DNA of 64,000 nucleotides from positions 22,692,001 to 22,756,000 of the forward strand of contig CM106585.1 in NCBI GenBank assembly GCA_048013815.1, in the 5' to 3' direction. Position 1 is the first letter of the stretch, and the number at the start of each line of letters is the position of its first letter. Made by a program: the position numbers and the translations under genes. Shown piece by piece: positions 22,324-34,746 of this stretch. The stretch is from Setoptus koraiensis. Lineage: Eukaryota > Animalia > Arthropoda. The notes below the pieces were generated by a model. The model had not been told where the DNA came from, made no database searches, and was given only the letters and a program-made list of their open reading frames with translations.

Positions 22324-23514
22324 CTATTCGTCATCGTCATCATCGTCGTCGTCATCATCATCGTCATCATCATCATCTTCGTCAAACTCGTCCATGCCCT
22401 CTAATTCATCATCTTCACTATCGTCATCAAAGTCGTCATCATCCTCGTCCTCCGAATCTGCGAAGATCAAATCTTCATCGTCGTCGTCTTCATCATCATC
22501 GTCCTCATCGTCGTCCTCATCATCCTCATCATCATCGACATCCATGGTAACACTCTTGCCGACTTTCACTTGTTGGCCTTTTTGACCCTTTTGAACAACT
22601 TGGCCATTCTGTCTTCCTTGGCCTTTCTGAACCATTTTACCGTTCTGTTCTTTCTGGCTTTTAACCATCTGACCATTTGGAACCTTTGCGCCTTTTTGGA
22701 AAACTTGTGCCTTTGGACTCACTTGGGCTTTTTGGCCAGCCTGGGCTTTTGGGCTAACTTGGGCTTTTTGACCAGCCTGGGCTTTTGGGCTAACTTGGGC
22801 TTTTTGACCAGCCTGGGCCTTTGGGCTCGCTTGGGCCTTTTGACCAGCCTGGACCTTTGGGCTCGCTTGGGCTTTTTGAACTGATTGAGCCTTTTGACCA
22901 GCTTGGGCCTTTTGGGCCTTTTGATCGACCGGAGCCTTCAAAGCCTTCTGTTCGTTTTGCACCTTCTGGACCTTCTGATCTTTTTGATCCTTTTGGGCCT
23001 TTTGATTCTTCTGGGCCTTTTGGTCTTTTTGAACCTTTTTCCCTTCTCCGCCTGCTACGAGGGGCTTAGCTGGAGACTTGAGTGGTGTCTTTTTGGGTTG
23101 CTGCTGCTGGCCAGTTTTAGGCTCTTTTGTTTCACCCGCTTGGAATGTGACTTTTTTCTGCTTGTTTGCCTTTTTAGCTTGCTTGCTGTCCTGTTGGGCG
23201 AGAATTTCCTTTTTTACTGTTTTGTCCGTTTTAGCTTTCATATCTTTAGGCTTCGCCTGTGCCAAAGTGTTGTACAGTCGCAATATTACTTGATCATCCT
23301 TAATCTTGCAGTTATGTACGCAGAAATTAACAAACTTTGCCCGTTTCTGAGGAATATTCTGGAATTTCGTAACTCTCTCCAGTAGCGCCTTATCTTCTCC
23401 TTTTAGTGACGACGAATCAACACTCTTGACAATTTTCACCCAATCATCTAAGGGTATCTTAGCTTTAGCCTTCTTTGCCTGCTTAGTAGGTGATGTGATG
23501 GCGGTGGTAGTCAT
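22324..23514 (-). CDS. LYAR-related nucleolar-type protein lacking the zinc fingers, with Q/K hexapeptide repeats and a long acidic tail (~396 aa)
   Basis: DDWVKIV...ALLERVTKFQNIPQKRAKFVNFCVHNCKIKDDQVILRLYNTL aligns by eye to the LYAR helical domain (QAWIQKI...ELLEQISAFDNVPRKKAKFQNWMKNSLKVHNESILDQVWNIF). The first ATG is at 23514. Confidence 0.7.
   Translation of the reverse strand: MTTTAITSPTKQAKKAKAKIPLDDWVKIVKSVDSSSLKGEDKALLERVTKFQNIPQKRAKFVNFCVHNCKIKDDQVILRLYNTLAQAKPKDMKAKTDKTVKKEILAQQDSKQAKKANKQKKVTFQAGETKEPKTGQQQQPKKTPLKSPAKPLVAGGEGKKVQKDQKAQKNQKAQKDQKDQKVQKVQNEQKALKAPVDQKAQKAQAGQKAQSVQKAQASPKVQAGQKAQASPKAQAGQKAQVSPKAQAGQKAQVSPKAQAGQKAQVSPKAQVFQKGAKVPNGQMVKSQKEQNGKMVQKGQGRQNGQVVQKGQKGQQVKVGKSVTMDVDDDEDDEDDDEDDDDEDDDDEDLIFADSEDEDDDDFDDDSEDDELEGMDEFDEDDDDDDDDDDDDDDDDE
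22711..22925 (-). repeat. Coding minisatellite, 18/36-nt units encoding AQ(A/V)SPK-AQAGQK
   Basis: Near-identical 36-nt units such as CTTTTGGGCTAACTTGGGCTTTTTGACCAGCCTGGG recur on the + strand. Confidence 0.9.
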
Positions 23515-24113
23515 TTTTAACAATTGTGCTATTTCTTAATGAATTGGTAAATTGATTGATATATATATAATGATAGTGTACTATTATTACAATAATATAG
23601 AAGCTATTAAATTGTCTGTAAGATATATCTATATATATATAGATATATAATTAGATATGTGTAAATCAAATTGATAATTTTCGCGTCGACAATGCTGACA
23701 CTAGTAGATATTTTATAATCTAATAATATTATGGTGCAAAAGACAATATAACTAATTTTTGTTCTCGGGTTCTAATTTGAACAAAATGGCTATGGAAAAG
23801 AATTATAAATTGTATAATTCCAACGCTCGAAAATCATGGGCGATTGTGTGCGATATAAACGTGGTCAACACAACGTGACTGACGACAACATGTTCTAGAG
23901 AAAACGCGAGCTCGCACACCATGTAATTCAACGAACATATAGCTAAGGTTCATAGGCGCGAAATACAATTGTGATTAATTCCAAGAGAAATTATTTTAGT
24001 GATTAGAAAATTATTTTAGTGATGGAGAACTCATAACAGTTTAGGTTGTACTGCCTTGTATACATATAAATGTACATATTATTATTATTATTATTAGTTG
24101 ATATTGTTGCCTT

Positions 24114-25232
24114 CTAAGCCATAGGCAGATAACCATCAATATCTTCTTCGGCGTGACATGGTTCTTGGGGATGCAAATGTGGCTTGTTATATTGCTGAGC
24201 TAATGATGATCTTGCACCAACCGAGTACGCTCTGACTCGGTCAGTGAGTGAGGCTTGCGAATTAACGCCAACCGAGGCCGTTGCAAGGGCCGTCGCTCTG
24301 GCAGCAACAGCCTGCATTGAGGTTGCCAACGAGACGAGACTGGAAGATCTCGATTGTAATGGCCTTAGGTTATTATTTTCACTGGATGAGCCACTTCTCG
24401 ATCTGGGTGTCTTATGATGCAGGAATGGATCTTCGTTATTATTTGATGATCCTTTCATAGCCTTGAGCAGTATTTCGTGCAATAAACGTGCTGTAGACTT
24501 TTTCGCCAACGAGAACCAAAGATCTCCTTCGCCTAATTGCGAATGTCTGCCTAATTCTAGATAGAAATTACTATCTGTGTGTCCGCATCTACGTATACTA
24601 CGTAACATTAATTCCAAAGTGGCGTCTTTGGGCATAAACGCGTGCTTACTATGCCTATGATTATCGCGATGATTGTTATTATATGCATGCGAGGTATGAT
24701 TGTGTTTGTAAATATGTGTCTGGTGTTTTAGTAATTGTTGCTGTTGGGCATTTTGTTGTTGTTTAGTTTGTTGTGTAACAACGCCAATTAAATCCAACGA
24801 ATTTGTATGTAGGGCCAGCCTATATTGTCCTTGTAGACTACGCAATTTACTAATGCCTTTGTCCAATAATGTCACCTCAAATATGGCCTCATACTTTTTT
24901 AAATCTGGATATATTTGTCTGTGGCATTCATTTAATTTTCTAATCCATTCGTTCATAGTTGTCTCATCTTCGGCAATAAAAGTGTGTGTCTCGTAAGCTG
25001 TAAACAATGCAAAAGCGTGCTGCTCTTTTACATCCAACTTTTTCGCTATAAATAAAATCTCTCTCAGCGGTATAATTCTTTTTGGATTCTTCAATAGTGG
25101 TTGAAATGCTTGTTTTTTGTTATAATATTCAAATGTAATAACTGAGGTTGTTGGTTGCGCCCTGACAACGGCAAAATATTTTTTCATGTTGGTCCGCTGC
25201 AGAAAGCCCTTGATAATGGGAGGCGGCTCCAT
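24114..25232 (-). CDS. IRS1: Insulin receptor substrate (IRS/chico)-like protein: PH plus IRS-type PTB domain, short tail, intronless, 372 aa
   Basis: PH domain: KKYFAVV...FEYY...PKRII...HAFALFT...FIAEDETTMNEWI. PTB domain: YEAIFEV...GQYRLAL...LRSIRRCGHTDSNFYLELGRHSQLGEGDLW. Basophilic RSRSGS and RVRAYSVG sites and a terminal DGYLPM (YxxM) are present. Confidence 0.88.
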   Translation of the reverse strand: MEPPPIIKGFLQRTNMKKYFAVVRAQPTTSVITFEYYNKKQAFQPLLKNPKRIIPLREILFIAKKLDVKEQHAFALFTAYETHTFIAEDETTMNEWIRKLNECHRQIYPDLKKYEAIFEVTLLDKGISKLRSLQGQYRLALHTNSLDLIGVVTQQTKQQQNAQQQQLLKHQTHIYKHNHTSHAYNNNHRDNHRHSKHAFMPKDATLELMLRSIRRCGHTDSNFYLELGRHSQLGEGDLWFSLAKKSTARLLHEILLKAMKGSSNNNEDPFLHHKTPRSRSGSSSENNNLRPLQSRSSSLVSLATSMQAVAARATALATASVGVNSQASLTDRVRAYSVGARSSLAQQYNKPHLHPQEPCHAEEDIDGYLPMA

Positions 25233-27541
25233 GCTGCCGTCCTGTTAGTGCCTCCGCCGGGCCTCCAGTACCTGAGCCGGTGCGTGCTGTGAACAAGGGA
25301 TCCAATGGTAACCACAAACGAATCCGTATATATGAATATATATACAGATATATAGATGACGAAATGTCTGGCTGCCTGATGGTGTTACGCAAACCACAAA
25401 TACAACAACAACCTATACAAATACTGGGACATGTACGATCATTGGATGACTTTGCTCACATCCCCGACGATGCATAGATTATTGAGATGTCGTCACTATG
25501 TTGCAGTGAAAAAATCATTAATTGAATTTATAATTGGCGCTGAAACATTAAAATCGTGGCCGTAATGAGTCACATTTGAGGGATTTTCATTTCACTTGTG
25601 TACCACTGCAGCGCACGATGCCGAGCCTGTTTGTCTGGCTGGCCGGCGGCAGCGGCCTATACCAATAAACATTTTCTTGTAAACAACAACAACAACAACA
25701 ACAACGACACGGTGTGCTGTTGTTTGCCACTATTTTTGTGCCTCCAACAGTGACAACATGCCACCACGGCTCTAGTGCACATTCTCCACTCTAGATGGTG
25801 CTGGGCGCGGTCGGGAGTTTGCGGCATGGGCGTGCACCTTGCAGCATTACAAAGTTGGTAATACAAACACTGCGTGAGTAGTGCCTTTTCCCTGTCACAG
25901 ATGGCGTGGCGTGGCAGGGCGCGAAAAATGGCTTCGATTGGCTGTGTTTTTTTATATCCATTCTTTTCTCTTTTTTCTTTCTTCGCTCCTTTTTGTCCGC
26001 CTCTGCTGACAAAAAGTGACTCAACTGGACTCAGCAGGCACTGACAGCCACTAAACCAACCATCGACTTGTGAGACAAGAGACTTGTGAGACCGTTGAGT
26101 CCCGCGACTGGCAATGGGAGTAGAAATTTGGCGAAATAGTGGCGATAGTTGCAATAGTTGAGAAAGCAACCAGTTTGAGACGACGGCGGCGCCACGGTTA
26201 CGTAAGCTGTGCGATGTCTCCTTATGGCTCTGTTGTTTGCAACTGTTTGTTGCAGCAAATCAGTCTCGAATCAACAGTTGGTGGGTTAACATCGCCGCTC
26301 GTCGACGAACCGCGCCACCAATACTCAACGCAAGCAACGCAACGCCAAGCCATGCAACCACCCAACCCAAAGCAACCAATCATCGCCAGCTAGCACCAAC
26401 CATCAGCCACCAACCACCAGCAAACAGCAGACGACAGCAGCAGCAGCAGCAACAGCAACAACCGAGACAACAACACACAAACAGAATTTCAAAAGTTCAT
26501 GAGCCCTTACTGTTACTTACACCTGACGAGCTTGCTTGTTACCGTTAGCCCGGCTGGCTGACTGGTAGTTGTTGTCGTTATTGGGCGCTCATTCGGCATG
26601 TGAGACGGTTGTGCACAATCGGCAAGCATATCAGACATACACAAGTCAAGTTATTGCTATACCTCCAGATACAGCTATCATTTTAGTGGCAACAACAGTG
26701 GCGTAGAGCAACCAATCAAGTGAGTTAATTTAGACACAGCCATTATTATTATCATCATCGTCATCACTGCCGACGCTGAGTTTGCACGCGCAAACACAAC
26801 GGATTGCGTTGCACCGAACACATTCAACGAGACACAGATTGTTGAAAATCAGACAGAGACTGCTGAAAATCAGACAGAGATATTGCTGACGATCAGACAG
26901 AGAGATTGCCGAGTCAGCAAAGTTGTTTCGCTCAACATAATTGATCGTTCATATCTTGCGAACGTCTCCGCCCAAGGTACCGTTGCTCGGCTCACCTGTC
27001 TAGTTGGTGTAGCCAGTTAATTGGCGACAACGCACAATCGAAAGTGAATTAACAATGATGCCGTTTAATGATAGCGCCTTATAATAGTCGCTCATCTCAT
27101 TAAGTGCCGTCTTATCAAGTGTACGTAGCTAGATGGTGATAGTGACGTTAGAGCATCATCGAGCATGTCGTCGGTGGCACAAATAAATCTCAAATATTAT
27201 TTATCCTTATTATTACCGTTATTGTCAGCAGCGAACGAGTGCAACGGCAAACAACTATCGCATTAGTGAACTGATCCCTCCGCCATTCGCAATTGCAAGC
27301 GCATTCATTTCAGCATGCAAGCACCACATATAGTGACAAGCCCAATGTATCGCCGTTATTTATTTGTGTGATTTATCATAAGTGAGCGATTTACATATTC
27401 GATTCAGTTAATAACAATAATGATGTATTAATAATAGAATTCAATATTGAATTTCGAATTCGAACGATACTTACAACAATTGTCAACGAGGCACAAGACA
27501 AGATGCTGCAGCTAGCCCCGTCAAGCGAGCGTCAATGAACG

Positions 27542-28925
27542 ATGAACGATCACAAGAAAAAAGCCAATTCCTCGTCTGTGGTGTCACTGTTGTCAGCGGC
27601 CACCAACGAACAGCGAGCGCACCAATGGCGCAACAACAGCAACAGCAACAACAGCAACAACAGCAACAACACATCGTTGTCGACAACACCGGCAGTGACA
27701 ATGAACAGCAGACAGTTGTTTGAGCAGTACTCAAATAGCAGCAGGCAACTACACCAGTCAGCGACAACAGGTAGACAGCGCCAGAGGCAGCCCGCTCTCG
27801 AAAGAAGCGGCCGGCCCCAATCGTGTCTCCAAGACACCATTGGCAAGACCACCACCGGTGCGGCCACTGCAGAGGGCGCTCAAGTGCCGGCTTCCGCTCC
27901 CGCGACGCCCGTCAATTGCACGCTGAAGCGACACTACCACAACCGCAACAACCACAACAGCAACCACAACAGCAACCACAACAGCAACCACAATGGCAAC
28001 AACCACCAGAGCGGCCAACAGCAGCAGCAGCACCGCAACGGGAGCAGCCGTGCGGTCAAGTCGGCGGATTTGTCGACGGCGGTGCTCAGCAGCAGCAGCA
28101 CAAATCCCGTCAGTGAGGCCAATCGAACGGCGTCAATGCCACAACAAGTGCCACAACAACCACCACAACAGCAACCACAACAGCAGCATCAGTCAGCAGC
28201 AATCAATAGTGGCAGTAATTCAGTCAATAACACCAATGCACCCACTAATGGAATCGCCACTAATCAGCTGATGATGCCCAGCTTCCCGCCGCCGTACACA
28301 ATGACGGCCACCAACAGTCAATCGCTGGAGGCTCTGGCCTCGCTGCAAGCGGCCCCAACGCACCAACAACTTGTTGCAAGTGGCTCAAGTGGCACCATTT
28401 CGAGGCAACAGCAGCACAACAGCGTGTTCACTCAACAACCAATCAACAACAGTTACCCAGTTCCGGTCAGTGTGTCAAGCGCAACACTGCATCGTCAGCA
28501 TCATCACTATCACCATGCCATGCATCATGCCTCGGCACTTCAAGCCATGCAAGCGGGCGCTCACATTCACCATCAGGCGGCAGCCGGCAGCTCAGCAACT
28601 GACCAGCAGCAACAACAACAACCACATCACAGCCACCAATTGAGTCAGCAGCACAACATGGCCGCCGCGGCTTTGGCGGCCTCAGTGGCCGCGGCCGCCT
28701 CGGTGCATCATCATCATCAACAAAGTCATCATCATCATCACTTGCATCATTCATTGCATCAGCTGTCTAAGCAAAAATCTTGTCTCACCTGTGCCGATAT
28801 CTCAGTCAAATGGTACATAGTGGTGATAGCGTTGCTGGGCTTGATGAGCGCCCTCATCGGCACTATTTTGGGGGCCGTTCATTCGGCCGGGCGCGACTAC
28901 ATTTCGCTGGCGCTACTCTTAGTGG
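27542..28925 (+). CDS. Exon 1 of a ~1527-aa two-TM, PPxY-containing, largely disordered membrane protein
   Basis: Q/N/H-rich ORF ending CLTCADISVKWYIVVIALLGLMSALIGTILGAVHSAGRDYISLALLLV-G, then a consensus donor G|GTAAGT at 28925/28926 (phase 1). Confidence 0.85.
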
Positions 28926-31163
28926 GTAAGTGAATGAATTTTTGCAACACTACGCTACATATATGTCACTACCTACATAACACTGCCTGCGTAACACTAT
29001 CTGCCCACAATGTCTAAATATATATAATATATATATATAATATGTATACATTGAGACATTGTAGGCCCATAATAATAAATTAGCGAGACACTCAGTGATC
29101 ACGGTGAGTGAGTGACGCAATGGCGAGTGACTCATGAGTTGTCACAATTTGTGACTCACAAACCCATGAGCGGTGCGTCAAAACATGACCCGCACATTGG
29201 GTGCAATGCATTCTGGCAAAGACGAGCGCCATCAATCATGGCGTCGGGTTGTGGCAAGAGTTGTCACAAGTTGAACGACGTTGCATTGGTTTGACAATCG
29301 ACGAGGAAGGAGCCCTCTTCCATTGCGCAATGTGTGCCGATATACGCCAACATATACACCAATGCACCAATGTAGCGAGACGAAAGCAGCAGAGAGAGAG
29401 AGAGAGGGCAAAAAGAGAAACTTGTGCCGTTGGTGACACCACAAGTCAGTCGCTCGCTGGCCATTGTCGGGACGACTTAATTAGTTTGCGAGCTCTCAAT
29501 TAATTAACTGACCCGAATAGCGCACTCTGGCCGCCAGAGTCTGGCGAGCTAGCCGATTTGCTGCAAATCGGCGTTGATTGTTGCACTGGCGCCATTGTTT
29601 CCAGCGTCGAGCTGCAACTTGACTAACTTGACCATGCTGCCCACCGCCAACGATCCGCCAGCAATCCGCCAACAATCCAATACGATCTAACAAGCTCCAG
29701 TGCAGTCCAGTGCGGCAACAAGTGCAATACCGCTGCTAGTGAGCGGCGCCAATTGCAACAAAACGGCCGGACCCGACAGAGGAACTGATTGAAACTGATT
29801 GCGAGCAGACGGCCAAGTGAGCAAATGAGAGATACTCCAGTTAATTGCATTGATGGCAACTGGTTTGTATTGTATGACGCAACAAGTGGCAAACAAAAAC
29901 CCCTGGCCGGCGCTAACTAGCGCCGCCGTTCATTTTTTCTCCTCTCCCCTGGTCTCTTCGTCTCCTCTCATCTCGTCTACTCCTTCCTTATCTGCTCCCT
30001 CTCATCTGCTCCCTCTCGTCTTATCTGCTGTGCGCATCTCTCCTCAGGCGCGCATCTCTCTACGTGTGCGAATCTCTCGGAATCGCTCGAAATCGCTCGA
30101 AATCGCCCGCAATCGCTCGCAATCCCTCTGGTCACCAGAGTCTGGTGGCACACTCACAGATTGGGCTGCGTCTGATATATCCATTTCAATTGGAGCGCAA
30201 ACAATAGCAGCCGAGCAGCAAAATGACAATGTGCGCCACAAACAAAGCCAACGAGCGGCCAAAAAACAACAACTCGAATGTCTCATCAATTGTTGCCGTT
30301 GCTGCTGCTGCTTCAAAGAAACAATGATGACGCAATACACTGCTGGCCATAGTGGCCATAACAAACCAGTGCAAGCGATTAATCAGCGCACAGCTTGCTG
30401 TTGTTGTTCCCATGAGTTATCCGCTTGTTGCTGTTGTTGCGTTCATTGTCGCTTGTTAGTTTTATTTTACTACTACCACTTGGCTTTATTATGAGCTGTG
30501 CGCCATGATTTATGAATGACCTTAATTGTGCCACTACCAACTATACCGAGTCATGATGATGATGATGCAACATGACTTGCTGTACTCTATTTAGAGTATA
30601 ATCTCTCTCTCGCTCGCTCGCTAGCCACTCTCCAATAGCAACCACGTACCGGCCATTCAAAGCTATTCGCAACTGGTGCACGCCCACGCAACCGGCACAA
30701 CAATGCATCACAATGCCGGCCTGTGGCGCGCTCACTGTTGCCATTGTTTGCCGCTTGGCTAATTAGTCTCAATTAGTGGCGAATAGCTAGCCTCTGTCCA
30801 CAGTCCACTGACACACCGACACACCGACAGAGCGAGCGACTCTGCTGCACACAATATCCATAAGGCACAAGGCCGTGCATTACGTAAGGCTCCAATATGT
30901 TCGGTGTGCCGGTGTTATGCAATGCATCATGTGAGGCATTAGTGTCAATCATGTGCCGGGCGCCTCCATCGGCCGGCCGACTTAATTAGCTGCTCGATGC
31001 AGTCGCTTCATTGCACCGTTGCAACCTGTTGTGTGTTGGCTCATTTTGACAATTGTTGCAGCTGTCGTAGGCGAGCCGGCGAGCGGCTGATTTGGCCACA
31101 GTCCACTCGCCACAAACCTCTGCCAATCGCATCTCATAAAATCCGCACAACGGTCACATGAAG

Positions 31164-31241
31164 TTGCACAAAATCGCGCCTGAAATTGCACAAAATCGCG
31201 CCTGAAATTGCACAAAATCGCGCCTGAAATTGCACAAAATC
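31164..31241. repeat. Tandem repeat, 22-nt unit TTGCACAAAATCGCGCCTGAAA x ~3.5
   Basis: Units start at 31164, 31186, 31208 and 31230, with no spacers. Confidence 0.95.
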
Positions 31242-33555
31242 AACGCCTCGACGGCACGCAACTCGCGAGCCTCTCTCTTAACATGTCGCTGTGACATATA
31301 AAATGATCAATGAAAGGCAGAAGTTGTTTTGATTGCCCAAGCAAACAAAACAATCAATTAAACAATCATGTGTGTGTGTGTGTGTGCTGTTGCCAAAATG
31401 AAATTGTGTGCCATCATTTGCGTCATCACACTGTGTGCCCAGACATGGCGACAGGACATGGCGACGGGACGTGATGCGGCAACATGATGCTGCGATGCAA
31501 TAGTTACGTAACAGCAACATCAAATATGCTCGACCAACATAATGGCTTGCGTGCTTGCGTAATCGCGCTTTTCGCCTCTTGCGCCGCTCAAGTTGCGCGC
31601 CGGTTCCTGGTTACGCAACGAGTTGAAAATTTTGTTTTGAAGTTTTGAAAATTTAATCTCAATTTTCGAAAAAATGAGCTGAGCCATTGCGATTTCGGCA
31701 ATTGTGCAATTTGTCGCTCGAGAGCGGGCCTCGCGAGCTCAATATTTCGATGCGAGTCTCATGTGAGATTGCTCTGTTTGTGTTGGCCACTCGTAGATAA
31801 ATTGGCCCATTTATGGGCACGGCCAATGTATTTGCCTGTCATATTGATGCGGTAGTGCAAGTGGCGACGGCACATACATGTGAGATACATTGATATATGA
31901 AATGTAAGCGAGAGATTGCAGTTAATTTGCGGATCGTGTTGCCTTTTGACGATTCGAGACAATTGATTGGCGCCGAAGCGCCGGCAGCCAGCGAGATGGC
32001 GAGCGCGCAACACTGCCAACAAGCAACCGATGAGACACTTTCTCCGCTCTTCGTGTTATTGGTTGCATTTTTGTGGGACCTGAATTGTTAATTCGTGTGC
32101 CAACATTGCTCAGACTGAGCCGCTCGCAAGTTGTTGCTGTTGTCAGCTAACAGCAACAACAACAACAACAACAATGATACAATGCAATTCGCGACGGTCG
32201 CACCGATCTCGCTGCGGCACGCAACGAAGCGAGCTGGCAAGCGCTCGCTGCAACTGGATCATGCAACCACTTGCAGAGAAGACTCGCCGTCGCCGAAATG
32301 CTAATTTGGGCCCGCCGACCCGAGCATGCAACGCATGCCGGCTCGCAACTGGCCGCAGTCGAAACGAAAGCGGATAAGACAGACGCATACGCAGATAAGA
32401 CAGACACAGACGAAACGGACGCCGACGAAATAGACGCGGGATGTGTATCGATTACGTTGCGCGATTTGCAATGTGATTTATGCGTCCGTCAGGCCAATTG
32501 CGGGATTGAGCAATTTGTCTTGATTACGTGTGATGGGCGAACAACACAGTATGCAAACAAGGTCAATCGATTGTCTTGTTTGCGATCGTGTCGCCTCGCC
32601 GGCCGCTGTGTGTCGCTTATTAAGTCGGTCGGTCGGTCGCTTGCGTCGCCCCTCGTTCGTGTGCGTCATTATTTATTTATCCGTCTCATGTTATTATCTC
32701 GCTTGTTCGTCCATTATGTTTGCAGCGGTGCTCGGCTAATTTTAGGCCTGATTATTTGGGCTCATTCTGGGGCTAATTCTCATCTGGCGGCCATCAGCGG
32801 TCGTGCCGCGCGCAACCTTGGCCGGTCAGGCCGCCATCGGGCGAGCCGTCGAGCGAGCCGTCGGGCAGCCGTCGGGCGAGCTGACGAGCGGCTTGCAGTT
32901 GGGTCGGGCCGGCACGACGAAAACCTAGAAACTTTCTACTAGAGAGTGCAGTGGATTGGTGATTTATTTTTCAATTGTTGCCGGCCGACCAATGCGATCG
33001 GACCACCAATCACAAGTTGTTGTCCGCCGCCGCCGCCAGGTACGACAATAACGGTGCAGTCGTAACGGACCAATAAATGCAATAACACGGACCCTATTTA
33101 AGCTAGCTAAATAGATTGTGTGTGTTCTCTGAGAGTCTGGATCCATTGTGAGTGCTCTATTGAGCGATCAATTTTAAAATTTTATTTTTACTTTATTTGT
33201 ATTCATGTGTTATTTTTACCCTCGCTGGCACTTGTTGATAGTTGCTGATAATTGGGCTTGTTTTGCAGTTGTTTGGCCGGCAAAATGGAGCCGCCAGACG
33301 CACAAGTGAAACATTGTTTTCAAACACTTTCAAACAAAACTTTCACGTACCGAGCGCACTCTCGCAACTTGCCAGTCGCTGTAAGACTCTCGTCAGAGAC
33401 TCTCTGACAGAGACTCTCTGACAGAGAGGCACGCGGGATTATCGGCACGCGATAATTATTATTATTTATTACATTTGTACATTTGTGTTTGCGGAGCCGG
33501 CTGGCTTGTTGCAACAAGGCGCCATCGGGCATTGCCAACGAATGCGTTTAGCCAC

Positions 33556-33617
33556 TTGTTGTTGTTGCTGTTGCTGTTGCTGTTGTTGTTGCTGTTGTTG
33601 TTGCTGTTGTTGTTGTT
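33556..33617. repeat. (GTT/GCT)n trinucleotide microsatellite
   Basis: Interrupted TGT/TGC run read directly from the sequence. Confidence 0.9.
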
Positions 33618-34679
33618 CCATTGTTCTCGCTTGTTCGCTCTGTCTCTCTGTCTCGCCTTGTTGTTGTCGAATGGCGGCGCCGATTCACCTGTTTGTATCG
33701 CTGACAAACGGGCCGACACAACAACGCAACAACACAACAACACGGCACACAAATGCAAACACATGCCGACAAGACACATATCGACAATGTAATCACTGCA
33801 TTGCAATGTCAGTGCATCCAGCTCCAGACGCTAATCAAATTGCCCTGTTACCTGCCGCACGCTGTCGTTGTTGTCGTTGTTGTTGTTGCTGTCGTTGCCG
33901 TCGTTGTTGTTGTTGTTGGCGTCGTTGTTGTTGTTGTTGGCGTTGCGAGAAATCAGTATCATTGTCGCTCGTCAGACACTGTTGCCGTCGTTGCTGTGGC
34001 TGCGGCTGCTTTATAAACAATGCGGCGCCCCCGAACCCTGACAGACGTTCTGACAAACATTCTGACAGATGTGTCTGTAATGTGCGCACTCACGCCACCT
34101 ATTTCGGCGCCATCGGCCGACCAGCCAGACAGTTAGCTAACCGGCGAGCCAGACAGTTAGCTAACCGGCGAGATTTGCCGCCAGTCGGCCATCCAGACAG
34201 TTGGCACACTTACAAGTTGTTAGTGAGCCGTATGTGAGTTATTGTTTCTCGGAGCCAGATAAGCAAACAAATATTGCGCGATTACATAATCGATGCCATC
34301 GGCTCGCAAGACATTGTCAGTGTCGGCCCTTGGGGTTTCGCGCTGCCAGCCAATGCAAGCCAGCCAGAGATGTGAGAGAGGCAAATGAGACAATTTGTGC
34401 AAACGTAAAAGTAAAAGTAAGGCAAAGTTTTTGTTGGCGGCGGCTGTTGTTATGGCGACCCGACGACGACAAACAGAAAAACTTCACCGAACACTTTAAA
34501 TCGAGTTATGCACGCCACGCCAGCCAATGATAAACTTGCTGCGTCTCGTGATAAACAATCGTATCAGTGACACACTGTTGATATTGTTGATATTGTTGTG
34601 CAAACATTATGTAACAATGAACGTTTGCGCGAGCGGTCGCCAATTCAGTTCGCCTGTGGCAGCCCGTTTTGACACTGTT

Positions 34680-34746
34680 CAACAGTGACTGCTCAACAGT
34701 GACTGCCCAACAGTGACTGCCCAACAGTGACTGTTCAACAGTGACC
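34680..34746. repeat. Tandem repeat, 14-nt unit CAACAGTGACTGYY x ~4.7
   Basis: Units start at 34680, 34694, 34708, 34722 and 34736. Confidence 0.93.

Noticed and set aside
22317-23385. Antisense ORFs (poly-His, poly-Ser, Leu/Gly repeats) opposite the LYAR-like gene
   Set aside because: Shadow frames of the GAT/GAC tail and the coding minisatellite.
31164-31241. CRISPR-like 22-nt direct repeats (likewise 34680 and 54720)
   Set aside because: Units are contiguous with no unique spacers, there are no cas genes, and the context is eukaryotic.
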